From the IMG/VR virus record IMGVR_UViG_3300044580_000519, positions 1 to 48,897 of that record: a stretch of DNA of 48,897 nt; one strand, written 5' to 3'. The notes below the pieces were generated by a model. It was not told the DNA's origin. It made no database searches and saw only the letters and a list, made by a program, of their open reading frames with translations. A program made the position numbers and the translations under genes. This stretch comes from a virus (taxonomy: Duplodnaviria; Caudoviricetes). This document shows, in pieces, positions 27,104 to 36,871 of the stretch. The first letter of the stretch is position 1; the number at the start of each line of letters is the position of its first letter.

Positions 27104-28567
27104 TTAGAAAAAATCGGCTGCGCGCCCTTTCTTGGCGTTTGGTCTTAATTCGATAGTACCGGTTAGCGCGTCCGGGCCGTCGTCGTGGTCATTCCCGCCG
27201 ATCTTCATATAGCGCGTAATAGCTTGGTAGAATTCCGGCCACATTCTATCCCAACCGCGCGGAAAGTATATTAGGTTCTGAACTTCCCCGCTTTGGCTGA
27301 ATATCCGTACTTGTTTATTGTCTTTTTGATGAAACCATTTTATACGCGTCTTCGCGTTACCCATTAACCTGCATTGGGTTTCTACGTTTCGGGCGAACCC
27401 TCTACCGCCGTTATTGCTTTCTACTATGGCTAATTCTACCAAATGCTTAGTAAGTATTTCGGCGGTCTTTGGCTCGGTGTACTCCATTGGCTTTTGTGTA
27501 TAAAGTACGTCTAATACAAAGTTTCCTATTTCGGTTTCCAAGTAGGTAATAGAGCAAAGGAAGTCTTCGCCCGTATCCGCCGTATCCGTGTAGTTTTTAA
27601 CCTTCCGTAGTTTGGTAGCTGGTAATATTTCGTATTCCTTAAAGGGGTTTTCATACATAAGCCCCTCTAACGGCTTCGGTTCCTGCTGGTAAAGGCTTTC
27701 AAATACATGCGGGTTGCGCTTCCTTACGCTTTCCAACTTTTCTAAATTGTGTCTTTCCGGCCATAGCGGTTCCCCTTCTTCGCGCGGGTCGTATTCGGTT
27801 GGTTTCCCTTTTTTAATGGCTGGGTAAACTACAACTACCCAACCGTTCGGGTTGTCTTCGGAATAAATGCCTTGTTGCTCCAATAACCGCCCCGCTAAAT
27901 CTAATTCGTGCCAACGGGTAAATACTATAAGTTGCTGGCTATCGTTGTGTAGGCGGGTTTCGGCTACTGTATCGTACCAATCTTCAATAGCCGAACGAAC
28001 TACGGGCGACCAAGCCGTTTTAGCGTCTTTATAAATGTCGTCCATAATAAGGCAATCTACCGGCTCCCCTGTAAGCGGCCCGCCAACCCCTACGGTTTTG
28101 AAACCGCCCCTATATCCTACTATCTCGCATTCGTCGGCGTTCCTTAGCCAACTACCCGCAACGGTCGAAATGTTTTTAGAATTTAGGCGCGTTTCCGGGA
28201 ATATTTCGGCGTATTCCGGGCTATCTATTACCCTTTGTATTTCGCGGTTAAATTTGCGTGCTTTAGGGGAAGAATAGCTAATTACAGCTAACTTGGTATC
28301 CGGTCGCCTTCCAAGTATGTAAGCGGGCAAACGCCGGGTAGAACCTTCCGACTTCCCGTGTTGGGGCGGCATAAATACCATTAGCTTTTTAATCCGCTTT
28401 TCGGCGAAGTCGGTAAGAATCGAATAATAACGCTTATGAAAACCAGCCGGAACGAAGGAAGGCATAGTAGCAAGCGTAAACGGCAAAAGGTCAGTACGGG
28501 CGTTCCTTACTAACCTTTCTTGCAAAGCTGCTAAATACTCTATTCGTTCGTTCCGTGTCATACTCAA
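27104..28567 (-). CDS. terL: Terminase large subunit
   Basis: MPPQHGKS Walker A, LIMDD Walker B, TRWHELDLAG, LYQQEP, HDDGPDAL. Confidence 0.95.
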   Translation of the reverse strand: MSMTRNERIEYLAALQERLVRNARTDLLPFTLATMPSFVPAGFHKRYYSILTDFAEKRIKKLMVFMPPQHGKSEGSTRRLPAYILGRRPDTKLAVISYSSPKARKFNREIQRVIDSPEYAEIFPETRLNSKNISTVAGSWLRNADECEIVGYRGGFKTVGVGGPLTGEPVDCLIMDDIYKDAKTAWSPVVRSAIEDWYDTVAETRLHNDSQQLIVFTRWHELDLAGRLLEQQGIYSEDNPNGWVVVVYPAIKKGKPTEYDPREEGEPLWPERHNLEKLESVRKRNPHVFESLYQQEPKPLEGLMYENPFKEYEILPATKLRKVKNYTDTADTGEDFLCSITYLETEIGNFVLDVLYTQKPMEYTEPKTAEILTKHLVELAIVESNNGGRGFARNVETQCRLMGNAKTRIKWFHQKDNKQVRIFSQSGEVQNLIYFPRGWDRMWPEFYQAITRYMKIGGNDHDDGPDALTGTIELRPNAKKGRAADFF

Positions 28568-28884
28568 AAAATGTATTTTAAGAAGGCGTAGAACGGCCTA
28601 TTATCTAAGTAGCCTACCTTTTCTTCGTTGTCGTAGGCTTCGCGCTCAAAACTGATATTTCGGTAGGCGTTCTTCCCGTAGAAAAGAAGTTTTACAAGCC
28701 ATTCCAAAACGTAGGCTATGTAGAAGAAAACGTATAGTAGTTCCTTTATTTGGCGGGTATGTATTGTTTCGTGCTGTATTAGCCGGTCGGTTATAGTTAC
28801 CCCTTCCCGGACGAACAAAACCCCGAATAGGTTTATAGCCGCGAAACCCTTAAAGGGAATGATATTATTTACTATTACTTTCAT
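28564..28884 (-). CDS. Hypothetical protein with HExxH motif
   Basis: HETIH and YRNISFEREAY; between terminase subunits. Confidence 0.65.
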   Translation of the reverse strand: MKVIVNNIIPFKGFAAINLFGVLFVREGVTITDRLIQHETIHTRQIKELLYVFFYIAYVLEWLVKLLFYGKNAYRNISFEREAYDNEEKVGYLDNRPFYAFLKYIF

Positions 28885-29399
28885 TGCTTTAGCCTGTTTT
28901 CTAAGTCGTTTATTTTAGCGTCTAATTCTTCGTCGGTGTACTTCCCAAATAAGTCCTTTCCGTCCTTCCCGGTTACTTCCGTATTTTGGCGGTTCTTCCA
29001 ATTCGCCGGCTCGCCGTTGCAAAGTGTAAAGATTATTGCCGCCGTATCCGGTTGGAAATGCTTATCTACTGTTTTTTGCTCCTTAATTTTGGGTATTTCC
29101 TTCCCGTTAGCGTCGAACTTGCCGGAACCTACCGTAGTAATGTGCTTTTCTTGTACCGTGTAGCCCTGAACCTTCTTTAATAGGCTTTTCTTCGCTTCGG
29201 CAACAAAGAAGGCGGTACGGGCTTCTTCCGCTTTTTTAATAGCGTCCGAAAAGTCCGGGAACTTGTTTAACCAATCGAAGTACGTAGAGCGGGAAATCTT
29301 AACCATACGGCAAATTTCCGCTACTGTATAAGTATCGGCTTCAATAAGGGCGCATATTTGTTCCGCTATCTTCGGCTTGTATTTAGTTGGTCTTCCCAT
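28881..29399 (-). CDS. terS: Terminase small subunit
   Basis: MGRPTKY, HTH, PDTAAIIFTLCN..W motifs. Confidence 0.85.
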   Translation of the reverse strand: MGRPTKYKPKIAEQICALIEADTYTVAEICRMVKISRSTYFDWLNKFPDFSDAIKKAEEARTAFFVAEAKKSLLKKVQGYTVQEKHITTVGSGKFDANGKEIPKIKEQKTVDKHFQPDTAAIIFTLCNGEPANWKNRQNTEVTGKDGKDLFGKYTDEELDAKINDLENRLKQ

Positions 29400-29402
29400 G
29401 CC

Positions 29403-30758
29403 TTACAATTTGGTTACTACTACTTCGGGGTCGAATAGCTTTATTCGGTCTATAATCACTTGGCAATACTTGGGGGAAATCTCCAACCCGTAACAATTCC
29501 GTTCTAATTGGTGGGAAGCTATAAGCGTCGAGCCGGAACCTAAAAAGAAGTCTATAACAAGGTCGTTTACCTTGCTACTGTTTCGTATAAGTCGGCCTAC
29601 CAACTTTACGGGCTTCATAGTCGGATGTTCGGCGTTTACTAAAGGTTTTTCTTCGTGTATTACCGTAGTCGGATGTTCTTTGTCGTTTTGTTGCTCCTTA
29701 ATGAAGGCTAACAACTCTTTTTTAGTCATAGAATCAAAGTCTATCTTATCTTCCATAACTGTACGTTGGGTTCTGTCTTTTACAAAGTAATGCGGGCCGC
29801 CGTCCTTCCAACCGTAAAGTATTGGTTCGTGTATCCATTGGTAATCTTGCCGGCCTATAACTATGTTATTCTTTACCCATATTAGTTGTTGCTTGTAAAG
29901 GAATCCGGCCCCGGTAAGTCCCGAAATGAAGTTTACGGCTTCGCGTGAAGCGTGGAAAACATAAATACCCGCGCCGGGCTTGGAAGAATCGAACAAACGG
30001 GCGTAAACGCTTTCTAAGAAGTTCTTAAATTGCGCGTCGTTCATATTGTCGTTTTCTATGTCCGTTTGTATCCTGTTTCCCCGATCGGTTTTATTAAGAA
30101 GTTCGTTTTTGCCTGCGTAATCTACGTTATAAGGCGGGTCGGTTACTATAATATCGGCAATCCTTCCGCCCATAAGTTTAGCAACGTCTATTAGGCTGGT
30201 AGAATCCCCGCACATAACCCTATGGCAAATATCCCCCTTGCGAATCTCGAATATATCCCCTTCTTTTATGTCGGTTTCTATATCGGCTTCGGAAGGTGGG
30301 TTAAATCCGTCTTCGCTTAGTTCTTTGTCCGGTTCTTCTTCCCCCAATTCAATAGGAACGCCCCAGCCTTCGGAATCAATACCCCAAGTTTCGGTAGCTT
30401 CGCTTAAAGCGGTTTCGTCCCAATCCAAGTTAGCCGCGCCGGTTGCGTTGTCTGCTAAAGCAAGTTCCCGCCCTTCCTTCGTGTCTAAATCTATGTCGGT
30501 ACGCTTTACGGCTACTATTTCGTCCCCGGTTGTTTCAACTATCAAAACCTTATCTAACCCTATTTGGCCGGCGTTCTCTACGGTTTTGTTTCCGGCTATA
30601 ATACGGTTATTTTTGTCGAGCAATATAGAACGGCCCGCGCCAAATTGTCGTAGGCTCTTTTCTATTAAACTTTGCCCGTACTCGGTTCCCTTATTAAAAT
30701 TTACGTCGTCCGGGATAAGCTGGTCTATTTTCGCTTTTATAACTTTTTTTTCTGCCAT
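29403..30758 (-). CDS. ParB-like domain fused to N6/N4 DNA methyltransferase
   Basis: IIAGN..LALADN N-terminus; TDPPY, HPTMKP, DFFLGSG. Confidence 0.9.
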   Translation of the reverse strand: MAEKKVIKAKIDQLIPDDVNFNKGTEYGQSLIEKSLRQFGAGRSILLDKNNRIIAGNKTVENAGQIGLDKVLIVETTGDEIVAVKRTDIDLDTKEGRELALADNATGAANLDWDETALSEATETWGIDSEGWGVPIELGEEEPDKELSEDGFNPPSEADIETDIKEGDIFEIRKGDICHRVMCGDSTSLIDVAKLMGGRIADIIVTDPPYNVDYAGKNELLNKTDRGNRIQTDIENDNMNDAQFKNFLESVYARLFDSSKPGAGIYVFHASREAVNFISGLTGAGFLYKQQLIWVKNNIVIGRQDYQWIHEPILYGWKDGGPHYFVKDRTQRTVMEDKIDFDSMTKKELLAFIKEQQNDKEHPTTVIHEEKPLVNAEHPTMKPVKLVGRLIRNSSKVNDLVIDFFLGSGSTLIASHQLERNCYGLEISPKYCQVIIDRIKLFDPEVVVTKL

Positions 30759-30780
30759 AACTCATTGTTTGTTATGGCTA

Positions 30781-30815
30781 CAAAATTAAAAAAGCGTATT
30801 ATAATAATACGCTTT
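30781..30815 (-). promoter_or_regulatory. Packaging-operon promoter (-7 TAATTTTG) with operator copy 4 (AAAGCGTATTA-TAA-TAATACGCTTT)
   Basis: TAnnTTTG at 30781-30788; 11-bp-arm palindrome 30791-30815. Confidence 0.75.
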
Positions 30816-30858
30816 CAAAGTAGGGAATCAATTACTTAGAATTGAAAAGTTACCAACA

Positions 30859-31209
30859 TTAAATGGCTAAATATTGCTTAATTGTATTGCGGAAGTCGTC
30901 GAAAGAACGGCAAATTACATATTTGTATCCGTATGTTTCTATAAGTTCTTGCCATTTTTTTTGGCTTGGTTGTTGCTTTCCCTTCTCTGTTTTGAACTCA
31001 ATACAAAGAGAATGAAAGCCCGAAGAAGGGTATAATAGTATAACATCTGCAACACCTGCCGTAACGCCTTCGCCTTTCATTATTGCCGCTTCTCTTTTGT
31101 TCCTTGCTCCGCCGTTTGGAACTGCAAATAATAGGCAGGCTATACTTGGATATTGTAACCGGAACCAAGTAACACAATTTCTTTGTATTTGGCTTTCTTC
31201 GTGCTTCAT
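30859..31209 (-). CDS. VRR-NUC domain nuclease (Holliday junction resolvase-like)
   Basis: AVPNGG, GVTAGVAD, IEFK motifs. Confidence 0.88.
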   Translation of the reverse strand: MKHEESQIQRNCVTWFRLQYPSIACLLFAVPNGGARNKREAAIMKGEGVTAGVADVILLYPSSGFHSLCIEFKTEKGKQQPSQKKWQELIETYGYKYVICRSFDDFRNTIKQYLAI

Positions 31210-31754
31210 AACAATCTGAATGTATAATTGCGATAACTGTTATGTTCGCCGGATATAACGCGCTGTACAGTTCGGCGGTCAAGGTTATACTTTCGGCAAA
31301 GTTCCCTTATGGATTTTTCTACCCCAATAACTTTCCCGCCTTTAATAATTTCAATACTCTTACTTAATCCATTGTCTACGGGTGTTTGAAGACCAATATT
31401 ATAAGCGTGTTTCATATTTTCTTTTTGTGTTACCCATTCAAGGTTACACGCTCTATTATCGGTCTTTATTCCATTGATATGGTTTACCTGTAAGTTTTCT
31501 TTTTTACCTTTAACAAACATATCTGCAACCAATCTATGTATTTTGCAATGTTTTGCGTTACCATTCATATATAAGTGAACTTGTTTATAACCTGCGCAGT
31601 CAAGATAAAAGGCTTTTATTTTCCCTTTCTTGGCAACTGTCTTTCCATCTCTTTTTAATACAACAATATCAAGGCTTTTTACATTACCTAAATCGCTAAC
31701 TTGGTAGCGTCCTTCGTAACCGGGTATATCCTTCCATTGTTCGTTATCCTTCAT
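31206..31754 (-). CDS. NUMOD4-HNH homing endonuclease
   Basis: WKDIPGYEGRYQVSDLGNVKS; IHRLVA..VNHINGIKTDNRACNLEW. Confidence 0.92.
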   Translation of the reverse strand: MKDNEQWKDIPGYEGRYQVSDLGNVKSLDIVVLKRDGKTVAKKGKIKAFYLDCAGYKQVHLYMNGNAKHCKIHRLVADMFVKGKKENLQVNHINGIKTDNRACNLEWVTQKENMKHAYNIGLQTPVDNGLSKSIEIIKGGKVIGVEKSIRELCRKYNLDRRTVQRVISGEHNSYRNYTFRLL

Positions 31755-31986
31755 TTCCTTTATTGTTTTGCGCTTCTTCGGAAGCTGGTACTAACGTAGG
31801 GTTTAATACCCCTTTTCTTAACTCGAATACGGCGTTAAAAACGGCACCTACAACCTCGTTACCTGTTTGCGGTACTATTATTGTTTTATCCGTCTTAACG
31901 GCAAAAAGAAGGTCTAAAAAAGCCCGTTCGTACATATCTACCTTCTCTTTCAACTCTAATAATTTGTCTAATTCTTCTTTAGTCAT
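31744..31986 (-). CDS. Hypothetical protein
   Basis: Coupled ORF in early operon. Confidence 0.6.
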   Translation of the reverse strand: MTKEELDKLLELKEKVDMYERAFLDLLFAVKTDKTIIVPQTGNEVVGAVFNAVFELRKGVLNPTLVPASEEAQNNKGNEG

Positions 31987-32174
31987 AATTTTGTTGATTT
32001 TATTAAACTTACTTTTAATTCGTTCGCCGAAGAATCGAAGAAAGCCTTATATTCGTTTACTACTACTATTTCTTCGCCTAAACAAAGGTCTATTACTATC
32101 CTTTGCCGACTAAGTAGCTTGTTAATCTTCCGTAGGGCTGTCTTCCTTCTTTTTTTTACTATCCTTCGTTTCAT
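31983..32174 (-). CDS. Hypothetical basic protein
   Basis: ATGA overlaps at both ends. Confidence 0.55.
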   Translation of the reverse strand: MKRRIVKKRRKTALRKINKLLSRQRIVIDLCLGEEIVVVNEYKAFFDSSANELKVSLIKSTKL

Positions 32175-32761
32175 ATCGCTTTCGTGTATAATCTTCCAAC
32201 CGTCCGGGCCTTAACCCAATAAAATAGCTGCATAAAGCTATACTTAGAAGTTCTTCCTATGCGTTCAAAGGCTTCTTTTACATTGCTTTTGAAGTTACAA
32301 TAGCGAACGCCGGAAGAAGTATCTTTAAGCAGGTAAGCGTAGGCTTCCTTCCGCGTTTTGAAGTATGTGTTTTCGTACATTTTATTCCCGGAATGGGTAG
32401 CGTTCGGCCAGCCGTATTTTTCGCAAACCTCGCGAATTACAAAGCCCTTTTTTATGGTAAATACCGGCAAGTTTTCCGCGAATGTATCCGGCGTTTCTAT
32501 TAGCTTGGCTAATACTCCGTTTTGTTCGTCGGCTTTTAGGGCTTCATTATATCGGGCTAAGTCTTCGTTTGTACTCCAACCGTCGTTATATTTACCGTTC
32601 TTGTACTGCTTTACTACTTTCGCGTCTTTAATCCTTATTACTATAATATCGTGTATGTAGCCGGAACCTATACAAATACAAGGGCCTCCGAATTCGCTTT
32701 TATTACAAACTTCTACAATATGTTTTATATCGTAATGTTCCTGTACGTTTTTGTATCCCAT
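32171..32761 (-). CDS. Hypothetical protein
   Basis: 196-aa ORF in operon. Confidence 0.7.
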   Translation of the reverse strand: MGYKNVQEHYDIKHIVEVCNKSEFGGPCICIGSGYIHDIIVIRIKDAKVVKQYKNGKYNDGWSTNEDLARYNEALKADEQNGVLAKLIETPDTFAENLPVFTIKKGFVIREVCEKYGWPNATHSGNKMYENTYFKTRKEAYAYLLKDTSSGVRYCNFKSNVKEAFERIGRTSKYSFMQLFYWVKARTVGRLYTKAI

Positions 32762-32764
32762 AGC

Positions 32765-33310
32765 TTAATATCGTTCTTTAGTGAAGTGAATAATAGCGAA
32801 GTCTAAAATAGTAGCGTTAGAAACGGCTGTAAATTCCGGGTACTTCTTTTCCGCTTCGTCGAATACGGGCGCAAACCAAGCCTTAAATTCTTCTACGGTA
32901 AGCCCGTCGTTAGCTGCTATAAGCGAAATAGGCATTTCCCAGCCGTCTACTTCGGCCGTCCAATCGTAAGTTATATTTTCCGTAATTGCTTCCTTTTTTC
33001 CTGTTTCAAAAACTTGCGTTACTTGCCTTTCCCGGCGAAGTTCTAATTTCTGAACCCCTACAACTTCCGCCGGAATATCTACTATTGTTTCTTGCCCCGG
33101 TTTATGGTACGGCATCCCTATCCATTGGCGAACACTTAGAACGCCGCCTTTTTCTTTAAGGCGATCTATAATATCTTTCCAATAATCGTAATTCTTCCTA
33201 CAGGTGTGCTTCTTTTCCCTGTCTAATACTTTTTGGGCGAAATTATTAGCTTCGCCCGCTCTAAAATGATGTTTGAAGAATGTTTTACTTAACAATACTA
33301 CTACTTTCAT
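32765..33310 (-). CDS. Hypothetical protein, possibly ASCH/PUA-like (start revised to ATG 33310)
   Basis: KKHTCR and ANDGLTVEEFKAWF motifs; ATGA overlap with upstream gene. Confidence 0.55.
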   Translation of the reverse strand: MKVVVLLSKTFFKHHFRAGEANNFAQKVLDREKKHTCRKNYDYWKDIIDRLKEKGGVLSVRQWIGMPYHKPGQETIVDIPAEVVGVQKLELRRERQVTQVFETGKKEAITENITYDWTAEVDGWEMPISLIAANDGLTVEEFKAWFAPVFDEAEKKYPEFTAVSNATILDFAIIHFTKERY

Positions 33311-33498
33311 ACTTCTTGCTTTAGAATGTTTAATAACTCGTTTGCTTGCCTTATCTTTTTGAACTCCTTTACCGTGTGCCAAAAAAGGAAGTTCTTAACT
33401 TGTACCGCGAATGAAATTATTACTTCCGGCTGGCTGTATTCTTCTTCCGGCCAAGTGCTATTAACGGTAAATATCTGTTTCTTAACTCTGTATTTCAT
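33307..33498 (-). CDS. Hypothetical protein
   Basis: Coupled ORF. Confidence 0.6.
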   Translation of the reverse strand: MKYRVKKQIFTVNSTWPEEEYSQPEVIISFAVQVKNFLFWHTVKEFKKIRQANELLNILKQEV

Positions 33499-33510
33499 GG
33501 CTGTAAGTTA

Positions 33511-33930
33511 TTAAAATGGTAAGTCGTCGTTTACGTCGTTAGAAAAAGGTACTTCCGGTTGGGAATATGCCGGGGTCGGGCCTGGTTCTCTATTCTCGTT
33601 TTGTTGTTCGGCTGGTTTATTTCCGCCTAAAAGCTGCAATTCCCGAACCCTGCAACTTAGCCCAACTTGTGGGGTTCCGCTTCCGTCGTTATAAACCTTT
33701 GCCGAAAGTTCGCCCCGAAGGAATACGCGCGTTCCTTTCTTCAAGTAATTAATTACCGCGCTTTCGCCGTGTTTAAGGCAACTAATCCAAGTTGTACGTT
33801 CGCGCTTTTGTCCTTGGCCGTCGTTGTAGCTTTCGGTATGTGCTACGCTGAAAGAAATAAACTTTTGGCCGCTAAACTCTTTAATAGTGGCATCCCCGCC
33901 AAGGTTGCCGATAATTTCTACTACTAACAT
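33511..33930 (-). CDS. ssb: Single-stranded DNA-binding protein
   Basis: IIGNLGGDA, YLKKGTRV, acidic DDLPF tail. Confidence 0.95.
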   Translation of the reverse strand: MLVVEIIGNLGGDATIKEFSGQKFISFSVAHTESYNDGQGQKRERTTWISCLKHGESAVINYLKKGTRVFLRGELSAKVYNDGSGTPQVGLSCRVRELQLLGGNKPAEQQNENREPGPTPAYSQPEVPFSNDVNDDLPF

Positions 33931-33941
33931 AATTTACTGTT

Positions 33942-34169
33942 TTACTGATTAATATTATTTTCAAATCTCATACAAGCGTTATCCATTCGTTTAACCGCTT
34001 TTACCCCGTAGGGCGTTCGGTTGCTTTTCGTAATTGTGCAATACCAATACCTATTAGAATAGGGGTTAAGGTTTGCTATATGCTTACAATCCCTACAGCG
34101 TTTTCCGGGGTAAGGAAGGCTTTCTTTCGGGTCTATTTCCGGTATGTCAAATAAAGTTTTCATTTTCAA
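33942..34169 (-). CDS. Small Cys-rich hypothetical protein
   Basis: CRDCKH..C..C pattern. Confidence 0.6.
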   Translation of the reverse strand: MKMKTLFDIPEIDPKESLPYPGKRCRDCKHIANLNPYSNRYWYCTITKSNRTPYGVKAVKRMDNACMRFENNINQ

Positions 34170-35971
34170 GCTGCTTTTTTAGCTGTAATAAATAGTTCTT
34201 CTACCAAGACTTCGCAAAGTACCCGCGCTATGTTTACTTCTACCGCGTTGCCTATAAATTTCTTTTGGTCGGCCTGCGTTCCTACAAGTTTGTAGTTCTC
34301 CGGGAAGCCCATAATTCGTTTTAGTTCCGGTATTTTTAACATTCTCATTTTAATATCTGCAATACCGTATAGGGCCATAAACTCTTTAATTTTTATCATT
34401 GGTTCGCTATCCGTTTCGTAAACCTCAATAGCTATAAAACCTTCTTCGGTTGCAACCAGGTAAGGCGGCATTTTATCCATACGCGCAATAAGCGTAAAGC
34501 AAGGGTTATCTACCGAACCGCCCGCGTTAAAAAATTGGGGGTTCATTAAATAATGCCATTTCCTGTTAGCGGTTATCGTTTGGCTTGGCTCCGTAATCGG
34601 GCTTCCTATATTGGAAAAGTTGGTATTCATTAGCCAAGGTTTGCAATTAACAAGGCTATACTTATCCTTTGTAGTTACCGCGCCGCAAGGGTTTTCTATA
34701 CTTGCCGGTTTTGATTGTCCAAATTGTTGGTCTATGAATCTGCAAGCTACTAACCGTTGTTTTGGAATCGTAGTTAATCCGGGGCAAGGGCTATCTATTT
34801 CGCTATGTTGTCCGCCGCCGCTATAATAGTTCATAAAGAACGGCGTAACCTTTGCTAACCGGTCTTTACACGTAATTGTAGGGGAAGGTTCGTTTATACT
34901 ATGATTATGCCCGTTACCGTAATAAGCGGATAAAAATTCTGATTGAATAAGGCTAAAGCAATCCTTTGTACGAATGGTTCCGGCCGGCGCGTCTATTGAT
35001 TGGTTTTTGTTTTCCGGCGTACCGCTATAATATTTTGTAAGGAAGTTTATTTTTGCAACCCCTAACCGGTTTTGGCAAGCTACCGTAGGGCAAGGTTCAT
35101 CTATCGACGGCGGTACGTGTTTTCCCGTTTTTTTGTTTATTGAATTGTATTTAATCATAAACGCGTCCTTCCCGCCTGCAACAAATTTTATAAGACCAGC
35201 GTAAATTCGTTCCAACGTTTTAGGCGAAAGGGGTTTTTTGCGGGTAAATATGCTTACGCCTTCGTCTGAAAAGTCTAATACCTCTTTTACCGGCTTCCAT
35301 TTTTTTAGTGTATCGAATAAGTCCTTACTTCCTGTTTTAGAGTGGGTAGGTTTCGGAAAAACAATAGGAAGGCCTTGTTTTGCAAATATTCCAAAGAATC
35401 GCTTCCGGGAAGTGTAGGCCCCGTAGTCGGCGGCGTTTAATAGTCGTAAATCGAATTTATAACCGTAATTCTTAACGTTTTCAACCCATTGTAAATATAG
35501 CCTTCCCCTGTCTTTGCTTATCGGTTTCCCGTTTTCGTCCAAGTCCCCCCAGCACATAAATTCTTCTACGTTTTCTATCTGTATCAAATCGGGGTTAATA
35601 GCTTCTATATATCTAAATAAATGTTCTGCCAGCGTCCTACTATCCGCGTCGCGCGGTTGTCCGCCTTTGGCCTTGCTGAAATTGGTACACTCTAAAGAAG
35701 CCCAAAGTACTACTAAAGCGTTAGGGTACTTCTTCTTTTCTTCCAAGATATGTTTTACCAAACGGTCTAATTTCAAGGTTCTAATATCTTCCGTAAAATG
35801 TAACGCTTCGGGGTGGTTTGCCGCATGGCTGGCTATTGCGTTAGCGTCGTGGTTTACGCAAGCTATAACCTTAGCGCACTTCCTGCCTTTGTAATTCGCT
35901 TTTTCAACCCCCGTACTTGTACCGCCGGCCCCGCAAAACAAATCAATATAAAGTAGTCTAATATCTTCCAT
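34166..35971 (-). CDS. C5 cytosine DNA methyltransferase with repeat-expanded variable region
   Basis: DLFCGAGG, SLECTNFS, IENVEEF, RKRFF, IGNAV motifs. Confidence 0.92.
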   Translation of the reverse strand: MEDIRLLYIDLFCGAGGTSTGVEKANYKGRKCAKVIACVNHDANAIASHAANHPEALHFTEDIRTLKLDRLVKHILEEKKKYPNALVVLWASLECTNFSKAKGGQPRDADSRTLAEHLFRYIEAINPDLIQIENVEEFMCWGDLDENGKPISKDRGRLYLQWVENVKNYGYKFDLRLLNAADYGAYTSRKRFFGIFAKQGLPIVFPKPTHSKTGSKDLFDTLKKWKPVKEVLDFSDEGVSIFTRKKPLSPKTLERIYAGLIKFVAGGKDAFMIKYNSINKKTGKHVPPSIDEPCPTVACQNRLGVAKINFLTKYYSGTPENKNQSIDAPAGTIRTKDCFSLIQSEFLSAYYGNGHNHSINEPSPTITCKDRLAKVTPFFMNYYSGGGQHSEIDSPCPGLTTIPKQRLVACRFIDQQFGQSKPASIENPCGAVTTKDKYSLVNCKPWLMNTNFSNIGSPITEPSQTITANRKWHYLMNPQFFNAGGSVDNPCFTLIARMDKMPPYLVATEEGFIAIEVYETDSEPMIKIKEFMALYGIADIKMRMLKIPELKRIMGFPENYKLVGTQADQKKFIGNAVEVNIARVLCEVLVEELFITAKKAA

Positions 35972-35977
35972 AAATTA

Positions 35978-36865
35978 TTATCTAAAAACCCCCAATTCTC
36001 TATTAATTTTATCGTTACTAATTGCTACGTACTCCGGGTTTAACTCGAAACCTATGTAATTGCGGTATAATTTCCGGGCTACTATTGCGGTTGTCCCGGA
36101 ACCCATAAAGGGGTCAAGAACTACCCCGCCTTCAGGGCAACCCGCTTTAATGCAATCAACTATAAGCGTGTCGGGGAATACTGCAAAATGATTTTCTTTA
36201 TTAGGCTTAGTCGGAACACTCCAAACGTCCCGCTTATTGACTTTTTCGGTAGGTGTAAAAGTCCTATCCGTATTTCTTCTATAAATAGGGTCGGTAGTAT
36301 CTACTTCCGTCCTCTTATTTCCGCCTATTCTGTAAGCTGCAGGGTTCATGTTCGGTTTGGCTGGTATTTGTATCGCTTCTTTGTCAAAGTAATAGTTTGC
36401 AGACTTGCTCAACAAAAAAATATATTCGTGGCTTTTACCACAACGGTCTTTAACGCTTTCCGGCATAGCGTTAGGTTTATGCCATATAATATCTTGCCGT
36501 AAATACCAACCTTCCCGGCGAAGTGCAAAGGCAAGTATCCAAGGGATACCTATTAAATCTTTGGGTTTTATAAATTCGTGTTTCTTATCCGTTGGCCTTG
36601 TATATCCTTTTCCGCTCCAGTAAGAATCCCCTATATTAATCCAAAGCGTACCGGTAGGCTTCAATACTCTATAAACTTCCATAAAAACCCCTACTAAGCG
36701 GTCTATATATTCTTCCGGCGTGTCTTCTAATCCTATTTGTTCATTTGCCCCGTAATCCCTAAGTCCGTAATAAGGCGGGGAAGTTACGCAACAATCTATA
36801 CTATTGTCTGGAAGGTTTTTTAGTCCGTTTTTGCAATCGTTATTATATATAATATTTATGTCCAT
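35978..36865 (-). CDS. N4/N6 DNA methyltransferase (beta class)
   Basis: TSPPY, HFAVFP, DPFMGSGTT. Confidence 0.92.
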   Translation of the reverse strand: MDINIIYNNDCKNGLKNLPDNSIDCCVTSPPYYGLRDYGANEQIGLEDTPEEYIDRLVGVFMEVYRVLKPTGTLWINIGDSYWSGKGYTRPTDKKHEFIKPKDLIGIPWILAFALRREGWYLRQDIIWHKPNAMPESVKDRCGKSHEYIFLLSKSANYYFDKEAIQIPAKPNMNPAAYRIGGNKRTEVDTTDPIYRRNTDRTFTPTEKVNKRDVWSVPTKPNKENHFAVFPDTLIVDCIKAGCPEGGVVLDPFMGSGTTAIVARKLYRNYIGFELNPEYVAISNDKINRELGVFR

Positions 36866-36871
36866 AGCGTA

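Noticed and set aside
30238-30789. 183-aa plus-strand ORF and similar antisense ORFs across the window
   Set aside because: Fully overlap well-supported opposite-strand genes
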